IMG/VR virus record: IMGVR_UViG_3300033407_000062
Span: 1 to 38,245 of that record
Source: a virus
Strand: one strand, 5' to 3'
DNA length: 38,245 nucleotides
The position numbers were made by a program, and so were the translations under genes. Shown here one piece after another: positions 37,833 through 38,245 of the stretch (within the stretch, counting starts at the first letter, position 1; every line of letters begins with the position of its first letter). A model generated the notes under the pieces. The model was not told the origin of the DNA and did not search any database. It saw only the letters and a program-made list of their open reading frames with translations.

Positions 37833-38245
37833 ATGGACGAGAAAACAGAAGCACAGATCGGGGCGAAGTGGCTGGCTGAATATAAACTGACCTCGCCGCC
37901 GCCCATCGAAGAGCCCCGATATCTTTTTGTGCTTATCATCATGGCGGCGGTTGTACTGGCGAGCATTGTCGCTCTGGAAGTGTTGACGGCTGAGACAAAG
38001 GATAATTCTGTCACCATCGGCTTGATCCTCGGCTTCGGAGCCACGATCACGACTGGCATACTCACCTACCAAAAAGCGGAGCAGGCAAAAACTCAAAGCG
38101 TCGAGACTCATATCATGGTAAACTCCCGCCTGTCTGAATGGATGCTCGAAGCGAAAGCCTCCTCAAAGGCGGAGGGCGAGATTATCGGACGCACGCAAGC
38201 AAACGAACGTACTGATATGCTGGCGAAAGGCCAGTCCCACGAAGG
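37833..38245 (+). CDS. holin-like membrane protein, 5' part; the ORF crosses the circular junction and ends at 135-137 (140 aa in total)
   Basis: Two hydrophobic helices (YLFVLIIMAAVVLASIVALEVL and VTIGLILGFGATITTGILTY), then a charged tail. It lies directly after the lysis enzymes. Confidence 0.55.
   Translation, partial: MDEKTEAQIGAKWLAEYKLTSPPPIEEPRYLFVLIIMAAVVLASIVALEVLTAETKDNSVTIGLILGFGATITTGILTYQKAEQAKTQSVETHIMVNSRLSEWMLEAKASSKAEGEIIGRTQANERTDMLAKGQSHE
38119..38245. repeat. terminal overlap, exact copy of 1-127
   Basis: Same 127-nt string as the window start. Confidence 0.95.

Noticed and set aside
37436-38111. 209-aa and 105-aa minus ORFs across the lysis genes
   Set aside because: They are antisense to coupled plus-strand genes, have no RBS, and their composition is low-complexity.

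Overview
The window is one complete, circularly closed tailed-phage genome of about 38,118 bp. Bases 1-127 recur exactly at 38119-38245, which looks like an assembler overlap, and one ORF runs across that junction.

Layout:
- Early/replication arm, minus strand, 746-11616: RecT, a DnaD-like initiator with internal iteron-like repeats, a DnaC/IstB-like loader, a small PD-(D/E)XK nuclease, a membrane-anchored FtsK-like ATPase, a truncated I-TevI-like GIY-YIG ORF and many small Zn-ribbon ORFs.
- Divergent promoter region, 11617-12098, containing a promoter-to-terminator leader RNA.
- Late arm, plus strand, 12099-38245, wrapping to 577: ParB-like protein plus MTase, PBSX-type large terminase, SPP1-type portal, a 2.8-kb accessory island with a second MTase, a MuF/gp7-like head-morphogenesis protein, a REC-HD-GYP protein, scaffold, capsid, connectors, tail tube, chaperones, tape measure, baseplate/fibre proteins, a GH25 endolysin and holin-like membrane proteins.

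I recognised no integrase, repressor, tRNA or CRISPR array.

Most unusual observations:
1. The MuF gene carries an intact class-1 intein. Its endonuclease slot is occupied by a Vsr/DUF559-like homing-endonuclease gene on the opposite strand, in exact codon register with the intein, with its own promoter-like site and RBS.
2. Several families of transcription-sense-oriented repeats sit at gene boundaries in the accessory regions.
3. A lambda PR'-tR'-like leader precedes the whole late arm.
4. A phage-borne REC-HD-GYP phosphodiesterase lies inside the head module.
5. A G7 tract splits a ParB-MTase fusion.

All functional calls come from motifs recognised by eye in the supplied translations. No database search was run.
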